Source: an uncultured delta proteobacterium (GTDB lineage: Bacteria; Myxococcota_A; Polyangia; Polyangiales; Polyangiaceae). From it: a DNA stretch of 64,000 bases. The stretch covers positions 2,848,001-2,912,000 of the forward strand of contig CAWAIF010000003.1 of NCBI GenBank assembly GCA_963782055.1, in the 5' to 3' direction. The translations under genes and the position numbers were made by a program. A model generated the notes under the pieces. That model made no database searches, was not told the DNA's origin, and saw only the letters and a list, made by a program, of their open reading frames with translations. Numbering within the stretch: position 1 is the first letter of the stretch; the number at the start of each line of letters is the position of its first letter. Shown piece by piece: positions 56,251-64,000 of this stretch.

Positions 56251-57321
56251 GTGAGAGCGGCGTGGACGAGCCTGGCGCTGGTGGCGACCCTCGGGGCGTG
56301 CGGCGGCGGTGCCCGCGCGGTGCCGGAGGTGGTGGTCGTGCCTCCGGCGCCGGTCGCGGCGGCGTCGCCGGCCGTCGCGGTGCGCACGCCCTCGTGCCGC
56401 GTGGCCGGCACCGGCGATCTCGCCGACGCGGGGTCGAGCTTCGCGGTCTACCCGTCGCGGTGGGCCTCGGGGGCCGCGTTCGTCGTGCGCGAGCCGTGGA
56501 GGGTGCACGTGACGTGGTGGGACCTGCCGCGCGCTGGCGGCGGCGAAGGGCCGCGCGCGCGCGTCGAGCTGGGGGGACAGCACCTGGTGCGCTACGACGG
56601 CTACGCCTCGCTCGAGGGCCGCACCTTCCAGGTGCGAAGGCGGGCGTTCGTCGTGCCGGACCACGTGTGGATCACGGGCGGCTCGTCCGTCGCGCTCGTC
56701 GGCGCGCGCGGTGACGAGGTGGTGGTGCGCGCCACGACCGCCTTCGCGAGCCCGGGTGAGGTGACGGCGGTCACCCGCTGCGACAACGTCGCGTACGAGC
56801 CGGAGGAGCTGCCGGCGCCGGTGGGGGAGGGGACGGCGCCCTCCGGCACGTTCGTGCAGAACCACGACGACACGCTGCTGCTCGCCGCGTCGCCAGGGGG
56901 CGCGCGGGCGATGACGCTGATCCTTCAGCCCGACACCGTCCTCTCGCTCGACGTGCTGGGTACGCAGCCAGGGTGGGTGCGCGTCGGCGGCGCATACCGC
57001 GGGGTGGGCTTCGACGGGTGGGTGGGCGAGCGGGAGGTGACGCAGCTGAGGTTCAGGGTCGGCCTGGGGAGGACGTTCTCGTCCGTGTGCGGGGGCGCCG
57101 TCGTGACGGACGGGACGGAGGCGACGGTCACGCACGACGCGCCGCTCTACCTGGGCAAGGACGGCTCGTCGCCGCTCGCCGGCGCGACGGTCGAGCAGGG
57201 GGCGCGCGTGATGCTCGTCGGCGGGCGGGAGCACGGCCGGGTGCAGTTCACGTTCGAGGACGGGGAGATCGCCGCGCCGGCGGGCGATGCCTTCTGGGTC
57301 GCGGCGGATGCGCTCGAGTGA
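56251..57321 (+). CDS. Hypothetical lipoprotein, possibly tandem SH3-like domains
   Basis: Lipobox LGAC; LDVLGTQPGWVRV...FDGWV pattern. Confidence 0.68.
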   Translation: MRAAWTSLALVATLGACGGGARAVPEVVVVPPAPVAAASPAVAVRTPSCRVAGTGDLADAGSSFAVYPSRWASGAAFVVREPWRVHVTWWDLPRAGGGEGPRARVELGGQHLVRYDGYASLEGRTFQVRRRAFVVPDHVWITGGSSVALVGARGDEVVVRATTAFASPGEVTAVTRCDNVAYEPEELPAPVGEGTAPSGTFVQNHDDTLLLAASPGGARAMTLILQPDTVLSLDVLGTQPGWVRVGGAYRGVGFDGWVGEREVTQLRFRVGLGRTFSSVCGGAVVTDGTEATVTHDAPLYLGKDGSSPLAGATVEQGARVMLVGGREHGRVQFTFEDGEIAAPAGDAFWVAADALE

Positions 57322-57330
57322 GGGCGGGCC

Positions 57331-58821
57331 TCAATCGAAATAGCCCCAGACGCGCGTCTCCTCGCCGTCCATGCGGACCAGCGCCAGCGCGCCCGCCGGG
57401 TCCCACGCGAGGACCCAGTCGCACGGCGCGGCCTCGGGCCTGCCGCGCCACCACGCCACGTGCTCCAGGCGCACCACGCCCCCCAGCACACGCAGCCCGG
57501 CGCGCGGGCGTGACCGGGCGCGCGCCGGGAGGAGGCGCAGAGGCTCGGGGGCATCGAAGACCAGGCGCGCCTCGCCGAAGGGCGTGCGCGCGGGGGGCGT
57601 GCTCCCGGGAGGCAGGAGCGACGAGCGCTCGTCCATGACGTGGGAGTCCACGATGGCGAGGGTGCCGACGGCGTCGTCGCCGAGGAGCGCGGCGAGCTCG
57701 GCCACCAGCCTGGGCAGCGCGGTCCGGGCGCGGCTCTCGGCGAGGAAGAGGTCGCGCGTCTGCTCCTTGCGCGCCACGAGCTCCGGCGCGCGCAGGACCA
57801 CCGCGAGCACCGGCGCCGTGAGCGGGACCTTCTCCATGCGCGCGCGCAGCACCGCGAGCAGGTCGTCGGCGCCGTGCACCGGCGCCGCGAGGCCAAGGCC
57901 CACCACCTGCGTGCGCGAGGCGCCCTCCGCCACCATGGCGCGGTCCAGCTCGAGCACCACCTCGAGCCTCGCGGCGAGCGCGGCGCGCCCGAGCAGCCGC
58001 GCGGCGACGCGATCGCAGAGGGTCTTGAGGACGAAGAGGAGCGGCGCGAGCGACTCCAGCGCCCACTCCAGCTCCACGCGCTCCTCCAGCACCTCCGGCA
58101 GCGGGTGAGGCGCGAGCGGGGTGCGATCGTCGCCGTCGAGCAGGGCGAAGACGCGCGGCGCGCGCTCGCCGAGGCGCGTGCCGAGCGAGGCGCGGGGCAG
58201 CCGCTGCATCTGCCAAAGGGTGCGGATGCCCAGCTTGCGGAGCCAGTCGTGCGTCGGCTCGTCCAGCCGGAGGGCGGCCACCGGCAGCGCGCGCGCGGCC
58301 CGCGGGGCGTCATCCACCACGACGCGCGTCGCGACGCCGAACGTGGCCACCGCCCAGGCGATCTCCGGACCCGGCGCGATCGCGGTGCGGCACGCGTGAC
58401 CCATGAGCGCGACGCGCGCCTCCATCACCGCGAGGAGCGCGGCCTCGCCGCCGTGCAGGTGGGCGCAGCCGGTCACGTCGACGAGCACCGTGTCGCGATC
58501 CATCCAGATCGAGGTGGTCGCGCCGAAGGCGTAGAGCGCCTCGGCGAGAGCGGCGAGGGCATCGCGGCTCGCCGCCTCGCGCAGCACGCGGACCCGGAGC
58601 TCGGCGCAGCGCGCGCGCGCCTGCGCGAGCGTCATGCCGTCGCGGACGCCGCACGCGGTCGCCTCGGCGGAGGCCTCGCGCAGGCGTGTGTTGCCCGAGA
58701 CGGCGTGCTCGGCCGCCTCGGTCACGACGACCGCGACGGGCGCGCGTGCGAGCTCCGGGTGTCCCGCGCGGGCGAGCTCCACGCGCAAAAACGGCAAGAC
58801 GACGGCGGCGACGCGGCGCAA
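57331..58821 (-). CDS. imuB: Y-family polymerase-like accessory protein ImuB
   Basis: GVRDGMTLAQARARC, LVDVTGCAHLHGGEAALL, LPVAALRL, LGIRT, WGYFD; follows imuA. Confidence 0.88.
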   Translation of the reverse strand: MRRVAAVVLPFLRVELARAGHPELARAPVAVVVTEAAEHAVSGNTRLREASAEATACGVRDGMTLAQARARCAELRVRVLREAASRDALAALAEALYAFGATTSIWMDRDTVLVDVTGCAHLHGGEAALLAVMEARVALMGHACRTAIAPGPEIAWAVATFGVATRVVVDDAPRAARALPVAALRLDEPTHDWLRKLGIRTLWQMQRLPRASLGTRLGERAPRVFALLDGDDRTPLAPHPLPEVLEERVELEWALESLAPLLFVLKTLCDRVAARLLGRAALAARLEVVLELDRAMVAEGASRTQVVGLGLAAPVHGADDLLAVLRARMEKVPLTAPVLAVVLRAPELVARKEQTRDLFLAESRARTALPRLVAELAALLGDDAVGTLAIVDSHVMDERSSLLPPGSTPPARTPFGEARLVFDAPEPLRLLPARARSRPRAGLRVLGGVVRLEHVAWWRGRPEAAPCDWVLAWDPAGALALVRMDGEETRVWGYFD

Positions 58822-58839
58822 GGACCCACCTCCACCGGC

Positions 58840-59526
58840 TCACGCGCCCTTCGGGCCGTGGGCGTGAGGCGCGGGGATCTCCGTCTTGGCGTGCCCGAGG
58901 CGACCGTGGCGCTCCTTGGTGATGCGCAGGACGAGGGACGCGGTGGTGCGGGCGACCTCCAGCCGGAGAGCGACGGGCCACGGCTCGCCGGCGCGCGCGT
59001 GAGCCTCGGTGAGCAGCAGCACGGTGGTGCCGGAGGGCTCGGCCGAGAGCGCCAGCTTGCGCACCAGCGCGCCACCGCGCTCGGCCCGGCGTCGCGCCGC
59101 CTCGACGTCGACCACGACGATGTCGAACGCGCCGGACGCGGTGACCTTCACCAGCACGCGGGCGAGCTCTCCCGGGGGCGGGCGCACGACGAGCAGGCGC
59201 GAGAGATCGATCCCCGCGCGCACGAGGCCTGGCGCGTAGAGGGTGCGGGTGGCGTCGATCCAGGCGCAGTGGGCGCCGGCGCCGCGCGCGTGAGCCGCGC
59301 GGACGGCCGCCGCGGCGATGGCCGTGGCGCCGGCGAAGGAGCCAGGCGCGCCGTGCGAGACGATCTCCACGACGCCGTGAGGTAGGCCCCCGTCGGGAAG
59401 GAAGGCGTCGAGCTCCGGCCAGTCGCATGGGCGGTGCGGCGGCACATGCAGGTCGACGCCCAGCCGGACGCCGCCCTGGGAGGCGAGACGTGCACGCAGG
59501 AGCTCCAGCTTGGCGATGGCGACCAT
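58840..59526 (-). CDS. imuA: RecA-like ImuA
   Basis: LDAFLPDGGLPHGVVEI, CAWID...LYAPGL...GIDLSRLLVVRP, SGAFDIVVVD. Confidence 0.85.
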   Translation of the reverse strand: MVAIAKLELLRARLASQGGVRLGVDLHVPPHRPCDWPELDAFLPDGGLPHGVVEIVSHGAPGSFAGATAIAAAAVRAAHARGAGAHCAWIDATRTLYAPGLVRAGIDLSRLLVVRPPPGELARVLVKVTASGAFDIVVVDVEAARRRAERGGALVRKLALSAEPSGTTVLLLTEAHARAGEPWPVALRLEVARTTASLVLRITKERHGRLGHAKTEIPAPHAHGPKGA

Positions 59527-59529
59527 GGA

Positions 59530-59545
59530 CTGAACAAAGTATCAG
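59530..59545 (-). promoter_or_regulatory. LexA (SOS) box upstream of imuA
   Basis: Minus strand CTGATACTTTGTTCAG, 3 nt before ATG; resembles the M. xanthus CTRHAMRYBYGTTCAGS box. Confidence 0.8.
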
Positions 59546-59790
59546 TGCCAGCATCCCGTCGCCAGCCCCCTCGATGGGCCCCCTCCCACGATTTGCCGGC
59601 CAACGTCGCATTGCTGCCATGCTTGCAATGGATCCTGGGGGCGGGCCGACCGGACGGTCTGATCCGCGATGCGCTCTGGCGAGCATGAGCGCCGCCTGCG
59701 GCGCGAGTGCGCGCACGCTTGCAATGGGACGTCTGGGGCACTTGTGCTGGTGGGGGACCGCATGGGGATCGCGTGGTAAGAAACCCCTCG

Positions 59791-60645
59791 ATGTCACCAG
59801 ACACCGCCCTGCAGAGCCTCCGCGACCTCATCCGCGGGATGGGCTCGGTGCTCGTTTGCTACTCCGGTGGCGTGGACAGCGCCGTCGTCCTGGCCGTCGC
59901 CCACCGCGAGCTGGGCGAACGGGCGGTCGGGATGACCGCGGTGAGCCCGAGCCTGGCGCCCTTCGAGAAGGAGGCGGCCGCCTCCATCGCCCGGCAGATC
60001 GGCGCCCGCCACGAGCTCGTCGAGTCACACGAGATCGACGACCCGAGCTACCAGCGCAACGACACCGATCGCTGCTTCCACTGCAAGAGCGAGCTCTACT
60101 CCATCAGCGCGCGCAAGCGTGAGGAGTGGCGGCTGGATCACGTGGTCAACGGCGTGAACGCCGACGACCTCGGCGACCATCGCCCCGGCCTGGAGGCGGC
60201 GAAGAACGCCGGCGTGCGCAGCCCCCTCGTGGAGGCCGGGCTGCACAAGGACGACGTTCGCGGGGTCGCGGCGCTGCTCGGCCTCTCGGTCTGGGACAAG
60301 CCCGCCTCGGCGTGCCTCTCCAGCCGCATCCCCTTCGGCACCGCGGTCACGCGCGAGCGCCTCGCGCAGATCGGCGGGCTGGAGGCGGAGCTCCACGCGC
60401 TGGGGCTGCGCCAGGTCCGCGTGCGGTGGCACGAGCTGGGGAGCGCCGCCGCCGGCACCCGCGGCGGGGCCATCGCCCGCGTGGAGGTCGGTCAGGCGGA
60501 GATGCCGCGCGCCTTCGAGGTGCGGGAGGCCGTCGTGGAGGCCGGCAAGCGCTTCGGTTTCGTCTACGTGACGCTGGACCTGCAGGGCTACCGGACGGGC
60601 AGCCACAACGAGGTCCTGCTCGGACGCAATCTGCGCGTCGTGTAG
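59791..60645 (+). CDS. larE: ATP-dependent sulfur transferase LarE (PP-loop)
   Basis: YSGGVDS, RCFHCK, DDLGDHRPG, WDKPASACLSSRIPFG, VTLDLQGYRTGS. Confidence 0.92.
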   Translation: MSPDTALQSLRDLIRGMGSVLVCYSGGVDSAVVLAVAHRELGERAVGMTAVSPSLAPFEKEAAASIARQIGARHELVESHEIDDPSYQRNDTDRCFHCKSELYSISARKREEWRLDHVVNGVNADDLGDHRPGLEAAKNAGVRSPLVEAGLHKDDVRGVAALLGLSVWDKPASACLSSRIPFGTAVTRERLAQIGGLEAELHALGLRQVRVRWHELGSAAAGTRGGAIARVEVGQAEMPRAFEVREAVVEAGKRFGFVYVTLDLQGYRTGSHNEVLLGRNLRVV

Positions 60646-60649
60646 CCAC

Positions 60650-60673
60650 CGATCGCGAGCATGCTCGCGATCG
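60650..60673. repeat. Perfect 24-bp palindrome after larE
   Basis: CGATCGCGAGCATGCTCGCGATCG read directly. Confidence 0.85.
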
Positions 60674-60832
60674 TGCGCCGCCACGCCCGACCGACCCTGC
60701 GCGTGCGAAGACACCTCGCGGTGCGCAGCCCAATTCGCAGCGAAAGAGACTGGATTCCCCGCGCGAAATCTGACATTTGACGGGCGAAAAGAGCCGGCAA
60801 AAGGCTTGCATCCGAGGAGCTCCCGCCGACCG

Positions 60833-61825
60833 ATGGACAACGCACGCAAAGACCGTGAGCTCATCGCCGCGACGCGGCCGTTCGCGGTGGAGGACAAGGT
60901 CAAGAGCTGGTTCGCCGTGCTGAGCACCCTGGTGCTGCTCGGCGCGACGGTGGCCTTCGCCTTCGTGACTCCCCGCACGCCGCTCGGCTGGGCCGGGCGG
61001 GGCGCGGCGAGCGTCGTCGCGGGGCTGCTCGTCGTGCGGACGTTCATCCTCTACCACGACCACCTGCACGGCTCGCTGCTGCGCGGGTCGAGCGTGGCGC
61101 GCGCCATCTTCACCTTCTACGGCATGCTGATCATGACCCCGCCGAAGGTGTGGCGGGAGACGCACAACTACCACCACGCCAACACGGCGAAGATCGTCGG
61201 CTCGCACGTCGGCTCCTACATGATGGTGACCACCAACATGTGGGCGAAGATGAAGCCGCGCGAGCGGGTCATGTACAAGGTGATCCGCCACCCCCTCACC
61301 ATCGTGGGCGGCTACTTCACCCTCTTCATGCTCGGCATGGGCGTCTCGCCCTTCATGCGCGCGCCGAAGAAGCACTGGGCGTCTCTTGCCGGCGTGCTGC
61401 TCAACTGGGTGCTCACCGCGCTCGTCGTGTGGAAGCTCGGCGTGCTCGCCTTCCTCTTCGGGATGTTCCTGCCGCTCTCCATCGCGATGGCGATGGGCGG
61501 ATACCTCTTCTACGCGCAGCACAACTTCCCCGACGCCTTCATCCAGCCGCGCGAGACGTGGAGCTACGCGCGCGCGGCGCTGGAGTCCTCGAGCTACATG
61601 GAGATGGGCCGGGTGATGCGCTACTTCACCGGCAACATCGGCTACCACCACATCCACCACCTCAACCCGACGATCCCCTTCTATCGACTCCCGGAGGCGA
61701 TGGCGGCGATCCCCGAGCTGCAGAACCCGTCGAAGACCTCGCTCAAGCCGGGCGACGTGCTCGCGTGCTTCCGGCAGAAGCTCTGGGATCCGGAGCGCGG
61801 GCAGATGGTCGGCTACCCGTCCTGA
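60833..61825 (+). CDS. Fatty acid desaturase (Des-like)
   Basis: His boxes HDHLH, HNYHH, HHIHH; GNIGYHH...IPFYRL; TM helices. Confidence 0.92.
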   Translation: MDNARKDRELIAATRPFAVEDKVKSWFAVLSTLVLLGATVAFAFVTPRTPLGWAGRGAASVVAGLLVVRTFILYHDHLHGSLLRGSSVARAIFTFYGMLIMTPPKVWRETHNYHHANTAKIVGSHVGSYMMVTTNMWAKMKPRERVMYKVIRHPLTIVGGYFTLFMLGMGVSPFMRAPKKHWASLAGVLLNWVLTALVVWKLGVLAFLFGMFLPLSIAMAMGGYLFYAQHNFPDAFIQPRETWSYARAALESSSYMEMGRVMRYFTGNIGYHHIHHLNPTIPFYRLPEAMAAIPELQNPSKTSLKPGDVLACFRQKLWDPERGQMVGYPS

Positions 61826-61832
61826 CGCCCCG

Positions 61833-62705
61833 TCACAGCGTCGGCGGGGGCGTCGTGGAGACCTCACGGAGCTCGCCGGTCGCGTCGAAGAAGTACGCGC
61901 GGTGTTGCTCGCCCGTCGGCTGCTCCCACACCAGCCACAGCGTCGGCACCGCGTAGGTGCGCACGTCGAAGCGTGAGAGGCCGGTCGTCATCTCGTTGCG
62001 CGCGCCGAGGCACGCCGTCAGCGCGTCGCCGAAGAAGAAGCCGTGGAAGCCGTCCTCCGCGCGCGCAGCGGACGCGCCCCGGTACGCGCTGGAGACGAAG
62101 CCCGGCTGGGGGTCGAAGGCGAGCGTGTCCGGCCAGCGCGAGTCGGCGTCGAGCTGCGACTCGATGAAGCCGCGCACCAGGCCGACTTGCGGCACGAAGA
62201 CGCGACGCAGGCGCACCGGCTTGTCGGTGACGTAGCGCACCGCGCAGGCGACGACCTGCGTCGTGCCCTCGCACATGGTGCAGACCGAGAAGCCGGTGCC
62301 TCTGCACGCGGTGCACCCCCCGAGCAGCGTGGAGACGAAGTCGTCGACCGGCGCGCCCGCGCCGGTGCCGATGCACGTCGGGCAGGGGCCGAGGCCCGGG
62401 CGCAGCACACAGTTCATGCAGCGCCCGCGGCGGGCGGGCGTGTCATCGTCCAGCACCTTGAACGTCGTCTCCACGAGGCCTCGCGTGAGATCCGGCGGGG
62501 GGACGTGGCCCTTCGGGTAGGCGTCGTAGAGGCGCGGGGAGAGCTCCACCGGGTCCGACCACTCCTCGCGGCGGAGGCCGTCGACCTGCACCACGATGGG
62601 CGCGATGCCGAAGACCCGCGTGGGGCTGGGCGGCGGCAGCGCGCCGCCGCGCGCGGAGAGGAAGGCGTTGATGCGCTCGAGGGTGGGCAGGAGATGCTCG
62701 GCCAC
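61833..62705 (-). CDS. Hypothetical protein with DnaJ-type CxxCxGxG zinc finger
   Basis: CMNC, CPTCIGTG, CTACRGTG, CTMCEGT. Start is approximate (GTG 62705). Confidence 0.68.
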   Translation of the reverse strand: MAEHLLPTLERINAFLSARGGALPPPSPTRVFGIAPIVVQVDGLRREEWSDPVELSPRLYDAYPKGHVPPPDLTRGLVETTFKVLDDDTPARRGRCMNCVLRPGLGPCPTCIGTGAGAPVDDFVSTLLGGCTACRGTGFSVCTMCEGTTQVVACAVRYVTDKPVRLRRVFVPQVGLVRGFIESQLDADSRWPDTLAFDPQPGFVSSAYRGASAARAEDGFHGFFFGDALTACLGARNEMTTGLSRFDVRTYAVPTLWLVWEQPTGEQHRAYFFDATGELREVSTTPPPTL

Positions 62706-62742
62706 AGCTGCCCATCGTCGTCGGTTGCGCGCCGCAAGAGTA

Positions 62743-62758
62743 CTGGTATTGTGTTCAG
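62743..62758 (+). promoter_or_regulatory. LexA (SOS) box upstream of dnaE2
   Basis: CTGGTATTGTGTTCAG, 4 nt before ATG; near-identical to the imuA box. Confidence 0.8.
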
Positions 62759-62762
62759 TATC

Positions 62763-64000
62763 ATGTGGGTCGAGCTCGCCGCCCGCTCCAACTTCTCCTT
62801 CTTGCAGGCGGCTTCCAGCCCGGAGGAGCTGGTGCGTCGCGCCGCCTCCCTCGGGCAGGACGCCCTCGGCCTGGCCGATCGCGACGGCCTCTACGGCATC
62901 GTGCGCGCCCATCTGGAGGCGGAGCAGGCCGGCGTGCGGCTGGTCGTGGGGTGCGAGCTCACGATCGACCCCGCTGGCTCGCTCCTGGTGCACGTCCAGA
63001 ACCATGCAGGATACACCAATCTCTGTCGCATCCTCACCGAGAGCCACGCGCGGCACCCCAAGGCCCAGCGCAAGAAGGCGCGCGACGGCCAGCCTGCCAA
63101 CCTCCACGCCGGGGTGGCTCTCGACTTCGTCTGCGCGCACGCCGAGGGGCTCTTCTGCACCGCGCTGCCCAGGCCGCGGCCGCTCCCCGCCTTCGACCGG
63201 GCGGAGCTCGAGCGGCTGCACGAGGCCTTCGGCGCGCGGCTGAGCGTGGGGGCGCACCGCCACCTGGACGGCGAGGACGACCGCCGCCTGCGCGCCGCGC
63301 GCGAGGTGCACGCCGCGCTGGGCATCCCGGTGCTGGCGCACAACGCCGTGCGCCACGCGACGCGGGAGGAGAAGCCGGTGCTGGACGTGCTGCACTGCAT
63401 CCGCGAGGGCGTCACGCTGGACGCCGCCGGCCGCGCCCTCGCGCCCAACGCCGAGGCGTGTCTGAAGACCGAGGCGGAGATGCGCGAGCTCTTCCCCGAC
63501 GACGCCGCGTGGCTCGCCCGCGCGCGGGAGGTGGCGGACGCCTGCCGCTTCACCATGCGCGAGCTGCGCTACCGCTTCCCGTGCGAGGTCCCGCCGGGGG
63601 AGACGCCCGACCAGACCCTCCGCCGCCTGACGCTGGAGGGCGCGCGCAACCGCTACGCCGGGCCCATGCCGGAGAAGGTGGCGCGGCAGGTGGACAAGGA
63701 GCTCGCCGTCATCGAGCAGCTGGAGGTGGCGCCGTACTTCCTCTCGGCGCGGGAGATCGTGGAGATCGCCCGCGCGCGCGACATCCTCTGCCAGGGCCGG
63801 GGGAGCGCGGCCAACAGCGCGGTCTGCTACTGCCTGGGCGTCACCGCGGTGGACCCGTCGCGCTCCAGCCTGCTCTTCGAGCGCTTCCTCTCGCTGGAGC
63901 GGCGCGAGCCGCCGGACATCGACGTGGACTTCGAGCACGAGCGGCGCGAGGAGGTCATCCAGGAGATCTACCGTCGCCACGGGCGCGATCGCGCGGCGAT
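62763..64000 (+). CDS. dnaE2: Error-prone DNA polymerase DnaE2/ImuC (runs off the window; absent from the ORF track)
   Basis: MWVELAARSNFSFLQAASSPEELV, LADRDGLYGIVRAH, CQGRGSAANSAVCYCLG, LFERFLS..R.EPPDIDVDFEHERREEVIQ. Confidence 0.95.
   Translation, partial: MWVELAARSNFSFLQAASSPEELVRRAASLGQDALGLADRDGLYGIVRAHLEAEQAGVRLVVGCELTIDPAGSLLVHVQNHAGYTNLCRILTESHARHPKAQRKKARDGQPANLHAGVALDFVCAHAEGLFCTALPRPRPLPAFDRAELERLHEAFGARLSVGAHRHLDGEDDRRLRAAREVHAALGIPVLAHNAVRHATREEKPVLDVLHCIREGVTLDAAGRALAPNAEACLKTEAEMRELFPDDAAWLARAREVADACRFTMRELRYRFPCEVPPGETPDQTLRRLTLEGARNRYAGPMPEKVARQVDKELAVIEQLEVAPYFLSAREIVEIARARDILCQGRGSAANSAVCYCLGVTAVDPSRSSLLFERFLSLERREPPDIDVDFEHERREEVIQEIYRRHGRDRAA

Noticed and set aside
59530..59730. 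Sigma54 promoter (TGGCAC / TTGCA elements)
   Set aside because: None of the candidates has the GG-N10-GC spacing.

Overview
Very GC-rich, gene-dense chromosomal window, most likely from a myxobacterium (Polyangiaceae/Labilithrix-like). The assignment rests on a MYXO-CTERM tag, a TIGR04552-like gene, many 'DAG'-repeat lipoproteins, Ser/Thr kinases and Myxococcus-type LexA boxes. About 55 CDS; I saw no rRNA, tRNA, CRISPR array or mobile element. Contents in order: a FliK-like tail, a sulfur-carrier cysteine cluster (cysK-E1-cysO-E1'-cysM-JAB), a 1406-aa BPI/LBP-like MYXO-CTERM protein, DUF507-yicC-gmk-mtnP-pfkB, a partial nuo operon (A,B,C,D,G,H,I), a ~1800-aa kinase/TPR protein, lptAB, a TPR-dynamin, an ABC exporter and a split imuA-imuB / dnaE2 mutasome. 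Best candidates for something new: (1) an apparently split, heterodimeric MoeB/E1. The catalytic subunit lacks the arginine-finger N-terminus and a small inactive paralog keeps it, paralleling eukaryotic APPBP1-UBA3 and SAE1-SAE2. (2) A TULIP (BPI-like) surface polyprotein with an internal MYXO-CTERM tag plus a second lipobox-like segment. (3) An EAD-like + pseudokinase + TPR + pseudo-M48 scaffold. (4) A RelA/SpoT-synthetase-like TIGR04552 protein. All family assignments come from reading motifs by eye; no searches were run.
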